A stretch of 64,000 bases of DNA, from positions 10,106,001-10,170,000 of the forward strand of contig CP158635.1 in the NCBI GenBank assembly GCA_050273025.1, given 5' to 3'. Positions 35,086-50,202 of the stretch are shown here, in pieces; position 1 is the stretch's first letter, and each line of letters opens with the position of its first letter. The DNA comes from Cenococcum geophilum. Taxonomy: Eukaryota. The notes under the pieces are model-generated. The model had not been told where the DNA came from, searched no databases, and saw only the letters and a list, made by a program, of their open reading frames with translations. A program made the translations under genes and the position numbers.

Positions 35086-37190
35086 TGTTTGGAGGTCGCC
35101 CTAGGTGAAGTCGGGCGAAGAAGTTGTTGAGCGGAGGGAGGAAGTCGTTGGTCGTGGGTCGTGGTGCAAGGCTGAAGGTCGACGCAGAAGGCGGATTTGG
35201 CGAGCGAGTTGGAGGTGGGATTTGCCGGGGGCTGCAACCACGGACTAAGGAAGACCAGTGGGAGGGCAGAACCCAGATTTCAAAGCCGCCTGGACGGGGC
35301 AATAACCCGACGTCGTCTTACCGAACACACTGGGGGACGGCTGCGCACACTCTAACCCGCCGTATCAGATGTTCAATATGTATGAGGAATGCGAGGACAC
35401 GATTTGTGTGCTCTGGCCTCTCTCTGGAGTTTTTCTGGATGCTATCGGTGGCAGCTGCAACCGCTTGTTTGGAGGCTGATGGCGGTTGAGGATGCAACTC
35501 TCTGACGAGGAGACCGATCGAAGCAGCATGAGTGGCTGGATGCGCGCTGGGGCTGCGAGACACTTTCAACCGCCACGGCCGGACAGGGAAATGCCTCAGC
35601 TGAGGGCCTTGACGTCGACCTCGAAAGGATATCCCTTGATTCCCTTCACGCCTGAAGAAGATAAAGGGGAGCTTAGCACACGATAGGTGGGGCACAGATC
35701 TGATGATGCAACTACGAAGTCAAAGCCTCAAGGACGAGAGGGTGTGCAACAGGGATAGGCCGGCGCTGGAGGGCATTAGAGAGTCTGGATGGAGACCGAG
35801 GCCGTGAATGATGACTACTCTAAAGTATTCCGGCCACTTTTGACCGCTTTTGACCACTTTGACCGCTTTCACCACTTTCATCACCTCCACTGCTGTTCAC
35901 ACACTGCATGGGCATTCTCTCTGCCCGCATGGCTTCATGTCCACTTCGCTGGAGCGCGAGTGTGACCTCAACGATCTCGGGGTGTGGCCGCCGTTGCATG
36001 CAGGGAAAATGGACTTGGACTTGGGAGCTGAGGTTCAATCCATGTGGAAACTCATTTCGGGGGTTGCAGGGCGGTGCAGCGCAGTAAGCAGTGGGAGGGA
36101 GTGTTGACGTGGGCAGAGGCTGATGGGCATAACCCCTGGAACACGCACTTTCGGGCGTTTTCGATGGTTTTTGCGCCCTGCACAGCTTTGCCCGGCTTAC
36201 ACAGCTCTTCTGCATGCTGAGTGGTCTATTTGGCCCTCCTAAATGCATTTTTGCCTGTGGGTGGGGCGGGCGGAATTCTACCCGATTCTCTGACCCTACT
36301 ATCGAGACGTAGCAATCATCGTATGGCGTGAACGGCTCCCACCCTTGGCCGCTCGTTCCGGAGTACGAGCAGTCAAACCTCCTTAATACGATATGGGGTA
36401 TATAACGATATCCTCTGCATTACGATCTACACCCCTTGATCAAGCCTTTTTGGTGTAATATTACGATAATCTGACTTTTGACAATGTCGTTAAGCACCTA
36501 CCACCAATATCGGTATAACCAGTAGAGAATTTGTATGGGAGAGGGCCCTATTTGGCTCGCGAGGTAGATATCCTAAGCCTTTTTAGGTATTAAGATCCTC
36601 TTTTTCCTACTTATTCAACTAACACGTGACTCTTGATATAACAATACCATTGGTATTACGATACGCTCGCCCGAACAAACGGTATTGTAACTAAAGAGAT
36701 TTGACTGTACTAAGATAGGGGCTTATGTAGAAGCTGTTGAGCCTCTTGTGGACACCAAGCTTGAGCTGCACGCACCAAAACTGCAAAAAAAAACTGCTAC
36801 GATCTGCTGCACAATCACTTTCGTCATCAACGTCACCCGCCTAGTCCTCGTGTCGCCCAAGTCTGGCAGGCTCTGGCATGCTCACTTTCTTGCTTCAATC
36901 CTTGGCCTTGGTTGGCGTACAAAATAATATTGTTTTGGTTTGCTACTGGCTATGACGCGCAACCAGAGAACCCTCTTCGAGCAACCTTCAAATACCCAGA
37001 CACTGCCCTTGACCCTGGGCCACCATCTCCGTGTCCATGTCCACATCAGCCACCAGTCTACTAACCACCAATAGCGGAACAATGCTCTCTATAACCTACA
37101 CACAGAGTAATAAAACAAGAAGCTAGGCCAACCCTCACTGGCATAGTACTACAATGAATACCCAAGGTTCAAGGAATGTGATAGTATTTC

Positions 37191-39791
37191 TCAGTAACGA
37201 TAGCTCACTCTCCTCATTTCCCCACCGTACGGATCCTGTGCGACCTCGATAGGCCTCTCAAGCCCATCGTCAACGAAGCGCCTTTGTTGCGGCACGGGAG
37301 CGTAGGCATATCGGCGATCATCCAGAGGAACATATGGGTCCCCTTGGACACTAACCTCTCGATATCGCTGAACAGGTGGGTCGGCACGCCTTACGTAACC
37401 GGGCTGGACGCTTTCATGACGGGTCGTGATGTATTCGTTTGGTGCCTCTCGCCTCACTACCTCCGGACGAACGCTGAACGATCTTGTCACGTACTCACGT
37501 GGTGGCGCCATTTCCTCATAGTGCACCAGTGGCCGTCTCTCCACGACCTCGCGGATTGGCGCATACTCGGCTTCGGCCGGGCGTAATGAATACTCTCTCT
37601 GTCGGTAAGATCGAGGTTCTACCACCTCAATGTCTGGTTGCTCGACGTATCTCCGTGCTGGTGGCGGAAGCATCCTCTGCAGAGCCTCCTCTTCTTCGTA
37701 TGGGTCAACTACTCGGGCAGGTGCATGTACAGCAGGTTCCCGCGCAATAGCCCGTTCGTAGTACGGCTCAACATCAACACGCCTGCTAGGCGGTGCAACT
37801 GATTCTCTTAACTCCATGGCGGTTGGCGCAGCATAGTATTTATTGCCATACTGGTCAACCACGACTTGTCTTGGAGGAGGCCCCATCGCAACAGGAGTGT
37901 GAGCTCTTGGTAAGTACTGTTCTGTGACATGAACAGGTGATCGTGATCGTTCGCGGGCATACCGAGGTGCTGCTGATGGACGGACTGATCCCTCGCGATA
38001 GATCGGTTGCGGGGCCGGCCGGTCAGCAAATGCATAAGATGCGGCGCGAACATGGCGGTTATCAGAGGGTGGATAGAGTATGGGCTCAGGTACTGTAGGG
38101 GAAAAAGGGCGCCTAGCATATTGGAGACTAGCGACTCGCCTCAAGTCCTGATCATCACGCTCCGGTCTCCGATGCGTCGTGCGTGAAGGCACTCGGACTA
38201 CAGTTGGAGATATTGGTTCCTCAATATGTCTGTACGCCCGTGGTAATGGCTCCTGCTCTCTGTAGTAAACGGGTTGTGCCCGAGTCTCTCTTGCTGAGAC
38301 GATCTCAACGTCATCTGGTAACTGCCGTATCACTCTCTGTCTGCTAGGCTGAGGGTCCGAGAAGCTTGCGAATGGAGGCGGGGAAGTCGGTTCTTCTTTA
38401 ATATAGGGCTCCGGAGATCGTGCAACGCGTTTGTTCCCAGCGCGACCGCGTTTTTCGCTGTTATCGGGATCCCTCCTTCGTTTTCGAGGGTTACGTATGC
38501 TCTGCTGAGGAGCGGCAGGGCTTTGTCTCCTCGAAGTTCTGGGAGATGCATGATCGGCGCGACTGGAACTAGCATGATCATTCGATTTGTTGTCATCAGG
38601 TCTAGGAGATGCATAACCTCGTCTGCTTTCTTGTTGGCCATTTCGACGGCCTTGGTCGATTTTAGGAACCTTTGTGAAAGCAAGCGGAGATACACGAGCT
38701 GGCTGAGGAGCCACGGGCGATCGAATATGATTCCTGATGACTGGTACTGCAGGAGAAGTAGGAGAGGGAGGTCTGTTATAGCCATACCCGTTTACACCAC
38801 CAGATTGTTCTACACCACCGCTCTGTCCCTGCAACCTGTTGTACTCCGTTTGGTGGGACCCTTCTGTTTGTGGACCTGTTGTGAATGCATCTGCGGCCGG
38901 TGGTGGTGAGTATTCAGACTCTTCTCTCTCATCGCGGGATATTTCTGGAGCCGTTGTGTAGAAATGGAGATCGTCAGCTGGTTCATACTGATCCTCGTCT
39001 TGTAGATTCGTGAATGACTGGTTTTCGAGAGTTTTTTTCGAAGCACTAGTTTCGTTGTTTTGAACTCTGCCCTGTGATATTACAGCTCCAGCTGCATCAG
39101 CACCGTCGACATTTTGTGTTTCAACATCCTCCGAAGACGAACTGTTTGCTTGACTAGAGTAATACGAATTCTCATCGAATGAATCACTGCCGTCGCTGTT
39201 GCGATTAGCGCTGGTTTGCAAACCTGAGATTGGTTTTACGAGCTCCAAAGCTTTGGCTAGAAGTTCATCCACATCAAAACGTGCTTCGGTAGCTAAGGCT
39301 AAATCGCTGTCGCGAGATTGGCCCCTCTTGTCAACCTGATCCTTGATTGCACGTTCTATCCGCTGCCGTTTGAGCTGCAATTCGGCTCTCACAAGGTCAT
39401 CGGATTTTGTAAGAAGTACAGGGTCGATGCTGGAAGAGGGTTTCGCTGAAAAGGGTCGCTGCCCATTTGGCAGCTGTGGAACGAAAGGGGCTGTAGGCTG
39501 GTAAAAATATGAGGGAGTATCCGGGTATGAAGGGGTGTGGAGGCTCGAGGCAGCCCCATTGGCAGTTCCGTTAGTCGTAGGTTTGTATGAGGAGGAAGGA
39601 ATATTCTGAACGGGACGCGGTGCAACCTGTTCTAATACGGAGTCAGGGAGTTTGATCCGGGGATGTTTGCCAGCAAACACTTCATCTTGAAGCTGGAAAA
39701 GCTTCTCGTAGAAGTCAGCATAGCGACGAGTCTCAGAGGACATGTCGCTGTTGCCGTTCAGAAGCGGCGCTGCTGCGACCCCCGAGGACAT
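37191..39791 (-). CDS. Conserved hypothetical Pro/Arg/Glu-rich protein
   Basis: Single ~866-aa ORF with N-terminal VFAGKHPRIKLP and IDPVLLTKSDDLVRAELQLKRQRIE segments, then a long low-complexity region. Confidence 0.8.
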   Translation of the reverse strand: MSSGVAAAPLLNGNSDMSSETRRYADFYEKLFQLQDEVFAGKHPRIKLPDSVLEQVAPRPVQNIPSSSYKPTTNGTANGAASSLHTPSYPDTPSYFYQPTAPFVPQLPNGQRPFSAKPSSSIDPVLLTKSDDLVRAELQLKRQRIERAIKDQVDKRGQSRDSDLALATEARFDVDELLAKALELVKPISGLQTSANRNSDGSDSFDENSYYSSQANSSSSEDVETQNVDGADAAGAVISQGRVQNNETSASKKTLENQSFTNLQDEDQYEPADDLHFYTTAPEISRDEREESEYSPPPAADAFTTGPQTEGSHQTEYNRLQGQSGGVEQSGGVNGYGYNRPPSPTSPAVPVIRNHIRSPVAPQPARVSPLAFTKVPKIDQGRRNGQQESRRGYASPRPDDNKSNDHASSSRADHASPRTSRRQSPAAPQQSIRNPRKRRRDPDNSEKRGRAGNKRVARSPEPYIKEEPTSPPPFASFSDPQPSRQRVIRQLPDDVEIVSARETRAQPVYYREQEPLPRAYRHIEEPISPTVVRVPSRTTHRRPERDDQDLRRVASLQYARRPFSPTVPEPILYPPSDNRHVRAASYAFADRPAPQPIYREGSVRPSAAPRYARERSRSPVHVTEQYLPRAHTPVAMGPPPRQVVVDQYGNKYYAAPTAMELRESVAPPSRRVDVEPYYERAIAREPAVHAPARVVDPYEEEEALQRMLPPPARRYVEQPDIEVVEPRSYRQREYSLRPAEAEYAPIREVVERRPLVHYEEMAPPREYVTRSFSVRPEVVRREAPNEYITTRHESVQPGYVRRADPPVQRYREVSVQGDPYVPLDDRRYAYAPVPQQRRFVDDGLERPIEVAQDPYGGEMRRVSYRY

Positions 39792-40208
39792 TGCGCGACA
39801 CGAACTGGTCCTTCGCAATGTCCGTCGTGGCTTTTATTTTTCCTAGAGGCAAGCGCCTCGTCAATCAAAGATTCGATGCTAAATATTACTGCGAGTAAGG
39901 CGCATGATGGCCAGTAAATTGTGGACGACGATGAAAGTGAGCGAGAGGTCGGGTGTTGGAGAAGGACAGGGTCGAGTCGACTGATGAGGTTGAAGCTCTT
40001 TCCCGAGTCGTGCCAAGGCCTTCTAGCCAGGGTTAGCCAAATAGTTCACCTGGGAGTCGAAACCATCTTCACAGTAACAACCAACCAAGACATATCAAAG
40101 GCGCTTAAATCTTTTCGTGGCATGCCTTATTTTTATGCAACTCTAAGGTATCTCGTATTTTGGATTTTTTTCTTTTCGGCTTTGGTGTCTTCTTCTATAG
40201 ACTTCATA

Positions 40209-41208
40209 ATGAGCGACATGACTCAGAAGCCGGTCTTCTTTTTTGATATTGACAACTGCGTATGCAACAACTTCTGCAATATATCCTTCACCTATACTAA
40301 CATGGCATTCAGTTGTATCCTAAGAGTCTGTCCTTCTTGCATGTTTATTTCTGGTTGTATCTTTGCGTTCTGACTCTATTTAGGTACAAGGGTGGCAAAC
40401 CTGATGACAGACCTTATTGGTATGATTTCTCTATCTGCGGTTCCATTCACAGTAATCTCCTCGTATTCCTTTCTAATGTACATGTCTTTTCCACGTCGCA
40501 ACTCCTTTTACGTTCTGGTCTTATATTTCCCAGACAAATACTTCGAAACACACCTATCTCTATCACAAAAAGATGCCAACGAGCTTCATTTCAAGTACCA
40601 CAGGGAGTACGGTCTGGCAATCGAAGGTCTGGTTCGCCACCACAAGGTTGATGCCCTCGAGTACAATCGCAAAGTAGATGATGCGTTGCCGCTCGAAGAT
40701 GTCATCAAACCCAACCCTTCGCTACACAAACTGCTCGAGGATATTGACCGTAGCAAGGTGCGTCTATGGTTATTCACAAATGCATATATTACGCACGGAA
40801 AGAGGGTGATCCGATTATTGGAAGTCGAGGATCTTTTTGAAGGGATCACCTATTGCGATTATGGCGCGGAAGACATCGTGTGCAAGCCGCACACAAACAT
40901 GTTTATGAAGGCCATGCAGGAGGCTGGAGTCCAATCTCCGCAAGGCTGCTATTTCGTAGGCAGGTGCTCCCACAATACAGTGTCTTGCAACGGCATCTGA
41001 AGAGAAGGATGACTTACTGTAACGTCCAGATGATTCCTACAACAATGCAAAGGCTGCACAGGCTCTGGGCTGGACAGCAGTTCATCTCCTAGATCATTCG
41101 GATCCGGATCCAGCCCATCAAGCAAGCCAGTACCAGATAAGAGATCTTGAAGAGTTAAGAGATATATTTCCGCAATTCTTTAAATCACCGGTTGGCGAAT
41201 TGAAGTAG
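40209..41208 (+). CDS. SDT1: HAD-family pyrimidine 5'-nucleotidase (SDT1/PHM8-like), 5 exons
   Basis: FFFDIDNC|LYP motif I split by an intron with a 13-nt micro-exon; YGLAIEGL; WLFTNA; CKP; FV|DDS motif IV. Confidence 0.9.
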
Positions 41209-41617
41209 CAGATGGTAAACTTCGGATTGGTCAGAATATTGAGTGAGACATTATCTTCTGTATATCCTCTCACTTTCACGGCCTATTCTCTCTGGTATCG
41301 AAGCATATAGAACAGGGTGTTTTAGAAATCGTTTTCATGACTTGCATAAACCAGGTAGAGAATTAGAATTAGAATCTGAAGGAATAATATAGGATATGAC
41401 CTGTACGCAACCCTCGGATGGCATGATGTCTTCAGGGATCTACCCTGATTTCTTGCATAGAAGATTCTCTCGCCTCCTTTTCAGACATAGTCCTTGGCGG
41501 GCTCCACTATCGATAAACCCAACTAGCAGCCTTGCACCCGGGCAGCTACCAGCTCCTAACACCACCTACTATACTTCTACATATGAATACGTACTCACCA
41601 CCTCAATCACCCATCTA

Positions 41618-42370
41618 ATGCCCCCGCCCACCCCAAAATACTTCCAACTAGCCATGTCCCCCGCCGCCCCGCCGCCCTCCTCAACCCCCAAGCCCAAACG
41701 AACTCCCCTCCTCCGCCTCGAGCTGCGCGACCTCTCACAACCCGGCGCACAATCCTTCCTCTCCTCCCTCTCCGCCCCCACCGCACTCGAAGAAGCCGTC
41801 GCCGGCGTGCTCTCCTACCTCTACCGCGGCCTGCCCCGGCACTGCATCCCGCCCACGCGCTCCGTGACGCTGGTCCTGCGCTCGATGCCCGGCGTCGCCT
41901 ACACCACCGGCAAGGACCTTGACGACGACCACAAGGAGATCCACTTCTCGACCGACTATATCGCGGGCGTGCCGGAGTCGCGCCGCAGGGCCGAGATGCT
42001 AGGCGTCATCCGTCACGAGATGGTGCACTGCTGGCAGTGGAACGCGTTGGGCACCGCGCCGGGCGGGCTGATTGAGGGCATTGCCGACTGGGTACGTCTA
42101 CGGAGCGGGCTTGTGCCGCCGCATTGGAAGCAGGAGAGTGATGGCGATTGGGACGCTGGGTACCAGCATACGGGGTATTTCCTGGAGTATTTGGAGAAGA
42201 GGTTTGGGGAGGGAAGTGTGAGGCGTGTTAATGAGGCGTTGAGGGAGCAGAAGTATGAGGAGGAGTCGTTTTGGGAAGACTTGTTTAGCGAGAAGGTGGG
42301 GAAGCTGTGGGAGGATTATGGGGAGAGTTTTGGGAAAGAGAAATTAGAAGAGAAGAAGCAAAAGTCGTAA
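41618..42370 (+). CDS. BSP (basic secretory protein) / zincin-like protein
   Basis: GVAYTTG, KEIHFS, HEMVH (HExxH), PGGLIEGIADWVRL, WDAGYQHTGYFLEYLE. Start codon uncertain (41396, 41618 or 41654). Confidence 0.88.
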   Translation: MPPPTPKYFQLAMSPAAPPPSSTPKPKRTPLLRLELRDLSQPGAQSFLSSLSAPTALEEAVAGVLSYLYRGLPRHCIPPTRSVTLVLRSMPGVAYTTGKDLDDDHKEIHFSTDYIAGVPESRRRAEMLGVIRHEMVHCWQWNALGTAPGGLIEGIADWVRLRSGLVPPHWKQESDGDWDAGYQHTGYFLEYLEKRFGEGSVRRVNEALREQKYEEESFWEDLFSEKVGKLWEDYGESFGKEKLEEKKQKS

Positions 42371-43179
42371 GATGGAAATACAAAGATGATGAGGCAAATA
42401 AGGAGCCATAGATCACTTCTACATCCGCTGGTTAGCCTTGAAACGGGATGATGACGAGTAGAGGGTATATCCATGTTTGGAAAGGCCATGCATTGTCGAG
42501 GAGCAACTTTCTAAGGCCCATTTGACACAATCTACCTCCCACCGTACTGAATAGAAGATATATCCCTATCATACCGTTGGTCACCGATACCAGATGATAT
42601 TATCTCCTTAGCTCTGTAGGCATCTACGCCTGAGCTATCGTACCTCCAGCACCAATGAAAGCTGTTGGTAGCTCTCCAAAACCAAACCATAGCTAGGTAT
42701 AGCCAGGGGCAGATCTTCCGAGGACGGATATGCTAAGAAAGAGATACTCGGCTCAAAACGGCAGGTTGTAGGAACCCCATTCCGGGCGTGTTGCAGCAGG
42801 ATCTTATCACAGATTTTCTAGAGACTCTAGTTACAAATTTAGTCAGGGCTAATCTAGATAATTATCAAGACCGCAGGAATGGTATGTCTGTCATATGTCG
42901 AATCCGGTCCAATGGTTGACACAAGTGATTAATATTCCTTTGCAGGGTCCTAACGCTGTTGACCGGGGTCCGATTCTAGGACCAACTCGCTCGGTAAGTG
43001 TGAAGAGAAGGGCTAAAGGCTGATTAAATTGTGGTAAAGGATCATTAGTCACCAATCCTGCAAGACTAGAATGATCGGGTTAGCTCCACGCGCAGACGGG
43101 AAGATTGATCTTGGCGATCAAACAGTATAATTTCATACCTTTTTAAGTGCCAAGCACGACCATTTTAACGTATTTCTAC

Positions 43180-43279
43180 CTATTTTAGGTATAATTCTAT
43201 ACAGAATGGGTATAATTCCGCGCAGTTTGATTGGCACAATCAACACGCACTTACAACAAGACGCAAAGAGGTGGTGTAG
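43180..43279. mobile_element. Partial copy of the MITE at 51860-52015
   Basis: TATTTTAGG.ATAATTCTATACAGAA.GGGTAT...CACTTACAAC.AGA.GC...GAGGTGGTGTA shared with 51918-52015. Confidence 0.75.
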
Positions 43280-43620
43280 TTGCCGTATGCACTGATATTG
43301 ATCAGTGGTTGCGGAAAGGCCCTGCAAAGCTCAGCTAGCTAATTGTGGCTGATCCGAAGCTTCCGGGCTGTCTTCCACAGCTGAGCTGCGGGATTATCCA
43401 CCCCTATATGATTGGGGTACGCAAATCGAGTGTTCATTTTGCATACAGGATTCATTAGGACGCCGGAGGAATGGGATGATCATGAGTCACGATGCTGACA
43501 ATATTACTCAACCGTGCGGCTCTGTCTAATACACTACTGCTCCCTTATTTGTTTGGAGAAGAGCCTTGCTATTAAAGAGGTATTTCTGTCGGAACAAGCA
43601 CCAAGTTCCTTGAGGTCCTG

Positions 43621-43933
43621 CAGTATCCCTTGACCGTTAATTCGCGTCCAACGGTTATCGATAAAAACTAGCCAATCAACCGAGCTGAATCTAACGCTCG
43701 TACTGAGGAATATAAAGCTTTTGATTTTATAGTAATTTAATATACACGCCCAATTTTAGGAGTTAAGTCGCTCGATATGAGGTTGCTAGCACTTGTCCTT
43801 CCTGTAGAACCTTATTTTGGGTTATAGTGTATGTAATTAATTAATGGAATCTATAGGTGTACGCGTTGTTTTGACATGGGTGTTCGTGCACGGACCACTT
43901 ACTCGTGGGACGGTGACGGGTCAAGGGATACCG
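43621..43933. mobile_element. MITE-like inverted-repeat element
   Basis: C(A/G)GTATCCCTTGACC termini in inverted orientation around an AT-rich core. Confidence 0.55.
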
Positions 43934-44250
43934 ATGTTACGGCCGTAGGATCACGGCTTCCAAGCTGAAGAATCCTTTGGATTCTGAAGCGATTGGCTGC
44001 GCCTTGCCCTGCTCAGGGAAATTGCTGTGAGTTATGGTAATACTAGCGCTGAGACTAGCAGATGGAATCGGCTTACTGTATGTGGCATCCATGTGCATTC
44101 TTGTGGAGGCCTTGGAGGGTTTCTCAGGTCGTGAATACCTCGTAAAGACTGCCTTTATAACACTACATGAGGCACTTAATACCCGCAGGATCGGGCCACA
44201 AAAGAACAATTTGCTAGTTTTTTAGATTACATTATTATTATCACGCTAAT

Positions 44251-45303
44251 ATGAATATCAAGAACTTCCACATTATATCTCTCTTCCTCCCTCTCGCCAC
44301 CCTTATCCTTCTTGGTTCAGCCAAAAACCACACCTCCCAGGCTTCCCGGAACCTCGCCACCATCAAAGCCATCTACAACTTGACTGTATTCCCGAACAAC
44401 GTCCCCTTCATCACGCAGGGCTTCTCCGCGATTCCTGCCGGCCTCTTCAATGCCAACGCGACGGGCCGCGTGTCGCCATTAGGCAACTTTAGTGGCTTTG
44501 AGGAGAGCGCAGAGTACTTTTTCGGGCTAGCGCCGACGCCGCAAGCGCCTTTCTATGCGGCGTTCGCAACTGCGGATGTGGTTGAGTTTTCCAGCTGCGG
44601 AGATGTGGCGAGCAGCGTGGTGAGATTTGACGCAAGAGTTCTGAACCAGAGCAGGCCTGACTTCGGGAAACATGTGACGTATCTCAAGGAGGTGAGTTGT
44701 GCCGGGACAGCATCCGGTCTCAAGTTCAATTCCAGCTAGTTTCCTTGCTCATCTGAGTTCGAGGGATAGAGTTGACGCGCGGCGTTACTTTGATCGTATT
44801 TGCTAACATGGTATTGTTGGCGATAGATTGCGTTCTGGAAATTTGACAAAGACGGCGCCGTCCTAGCCTACGACGCCTGGATCCCGAATCTCGCCCTCTT
44901 CGAGCTCTACTTTGGCGGCACGGCGCCTAAAGACTGCCCTTCGGCATATAATCCTGGCTCGCTCTCTATTGCGGTGCCAGTGGACGACAGCATTCTGGGT
45001 CTGTGCGGGTCTATACAACAGCTGTGCACAGGGTCGAACCTCCAGTATAAGGATGTAGCTGAATGTGCGAACGTACTACACACCAAGCGATTTGGCATTG
45101 CGGATGAGCTATGGGGCGATGATGTCGTGTGTCGGTTCGTGCATGTGTTGTTGGCGAGGATCAGACCAGAGGTTCATTGTCCGCACGTTGGACCAACGGG
45201 AGGCGGGAAATGTGTGGATGTGCAGTATGACCAGGTATATTTCGAGGATGATCAGGTGTTGTTCGGAGGGGTTGGAGATAATATCTTTATGTGTGGAAAA
45301 TAA
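44251..45303 (+). CDS. Secreted hypothetical protein with Cys-rich C-terminus (intron 44692-44826)
   Basis: Signal peptide; IYNLTVFPNN, GRVSPLGNF..FEESAEYFFGL, AFWKFD..GAVLAYDAWIPNL, C..IQQLC.G.N.QY....C, WGDDVVCR.VH, HCPHVGPTGGGKC. Confidence 0.85.
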
Positions 45304-45512
45304 TCTCGAACAGGACCGCCTGACTGACTTTCGGAATAAATCAGGAATTGACACCGGTAGATTGAGTAATGGGCAAGAATCTTTGATATGAAATAAAGAC
45401 CCCAAACCGCAACCGTCATCGAGAAAAGACGATTTATAATGATGAAAGTCAAGATGCTGGAGAGATCGTTCATTAGAAACTTCGTAACCTCCTCTTTAAA
45501 ATCTACACCTCT

Positions 45513-46583
45513 TCAAATTGTCCCCGACATACATTTATTGTACCAATCACCGTAGTCCCCCACGTACATTTCTTGCACCAACCTCCATATACGTATTCTA
45601 TTGCGGAGGCCTGCGGGCAAGCCGGGCAGCAATTCCATATTGAGTTTGGGAGCGACTTGAGTGAGTTGGCGGACAAGGCGCTCATAGTCTAATTCCGCCG
45701 GACGTGAGCAGTTCAATAGCTCTTGGTCGAAGTCGTTGCTATCTAGATCAGACAGAAATGGAATGATTTGTCCATTGAGAAGCATTCCTTTCCAGATAGA
45801 GGGAGAGAGAAGCCGGGTGCATTCAGAAGAGTCAATCTTAAGTGGATATAGGTAGTCGAGGACAGATAGGAACAGCTCTGCAGGCAAACTTTCGATTCTC
45901 CTTTGAAATTGCATGCGGAAGGCCGACAAATCCTCCCGAGGCCGTTGCGGAAGAGGCTGAAGACAAGAAATAAGACTCTCGGCCAAGTTAGGAATATCGA
46001 GAGGATCGGCCTCCAGGACATCCTTTTCTTCCTTGGTCAAACACTCCCGGTCATAGTAAATATTGTGAACATAGTACTCTCGAGGTAAGTAATAGTTATG
46101 GGGAGCGTCCAGTTTCTCGGTTATCCCCCAGTCCCAAGTCGATCGCCGGGCCATCAGTACCTCGAAAAGATCAGAGACGGATGTGACTTGTCGTGTGCGA
46201 CTCTTTATCGTGGAATCATTGTTTTTCGACCGGATCCGGATGATTTGCTTTGTGAGTTCCAGGCAGGCTTCGTGTACCGGGAAATTTTGCGACAGGTCCC
46301 AATCGCTGTAGGCATTCACCGAAGCCTCTCCGTGAATAAGTTGGCAGCGCGAACCTTCGGTAATAACAGCTGGCCATTCAAGCACCTGAGCGCCCCGTTT
46401 TGATTCATGTTTGAGAGTCCAGCCGGCGATGGGTGGAAGTCCGTCTGAGGAATCATGCTCGGTCAGGAGCACGACCTTTCCAGCCCATTCTTCGCACGGA
46501 TATCGCCAGAAGGCCGTTCCGCATATCGCGCAGAAGACGTCACTGTACAGCCAGTGTTCTTCGGAAAGGTCCAGCGAAAGCAT
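45513..46583 (-). CDS. Fungal F-box-like protein
   Basis: VFCAICG, FPVHEACL, F-box-like LPAELFLSVLDYL, C-terminal GLRNRIRIW; intronless. Confidence 0.7.
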   Translation of the reverse strand: MLSLDLSEEHWLYSDVFCAICGTAFWRYPCEEWAGKVVLLTEHDSSDGLPPIAGWTLKHESKRGAQVLEWPAVITEGSRCQLIHGEASVNAYSDWDLSQNFPVHEACLELTKQIIRIRSKNNDSTIKSRTRQVTSVSDLFEVLMARRSTWDWGITEKLDAPHNYYLPREYYVHNIYYDRECLTKEEKDVLEADPLDIPNLAESLISCLQPLPQRPREDLSAFRMQFQRRIESLPAELFLSVLDYLYPLKIDSSECTRLLSPSIWKGMLLNGQIIPFLSDLDSNDFDQELLNCSRPAELDYERLVRQLTQVAPKLNMELLPGLPAGLRNRIRIWRLVQEMYVGDYGDWYNKCMSGTI

Positions 46584-47166
46584 GATTTGTGTCAGAGAAA
46601 GATGTATCAACAATTCCAGGCAGAATCTCGTACCTTAAATCAACAGATATTTGAAAGATGACGGAAGAGTAGAAGCCGAAGAGGAGAGCCGATATAATAA
46701 TAGAACGACTCAAGACAAAATTGCACAGCCATGCGCAGGGGCCGATCGCTATTTTACCCTTCGGAAGCGAAAGCCAGCTGCTAGGCTGATAGATAATTAT
46801 ACAACATCAGCGCGAGCGAAACATACGAGCAGCATGTAGGCGCGGTAGGATATGTGCGTATGCTGAGTGCTGAGGTTTCGTAGTGACATGAGTGGCTGGG
46901 GATTATGGCGTTAAACGAGGCGGTAGACTAAATTCTTAGAAAAGCCTAGCGTCATCGCGAGCGTGTAAAGTGGTCATGGTGGTTTTCCTGGACGCGACTC
47001 GCGACTTTTGCTCTAGCCCCAACTACCAATTTCACCCCTCTTTTGCGCAAATCTCCCAGTCCACGACAACTTGCTTCTCAACCCCCTTACCCTTTCTCAA
47101 CCTGTCTCAATAACTCGTAATACATTGTGAGAAAGGAGATATTGAAGAAGACGCAACCCCTTCAGC

Positions 47167-50202
<3,036 letters not shown>

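Noticed and set aside
35830..35882. Short GACC(A/G)CTTT(T) tandem repeat
   Set aside because: About 5 degenerate units of low-complexity sequence with no further structure.
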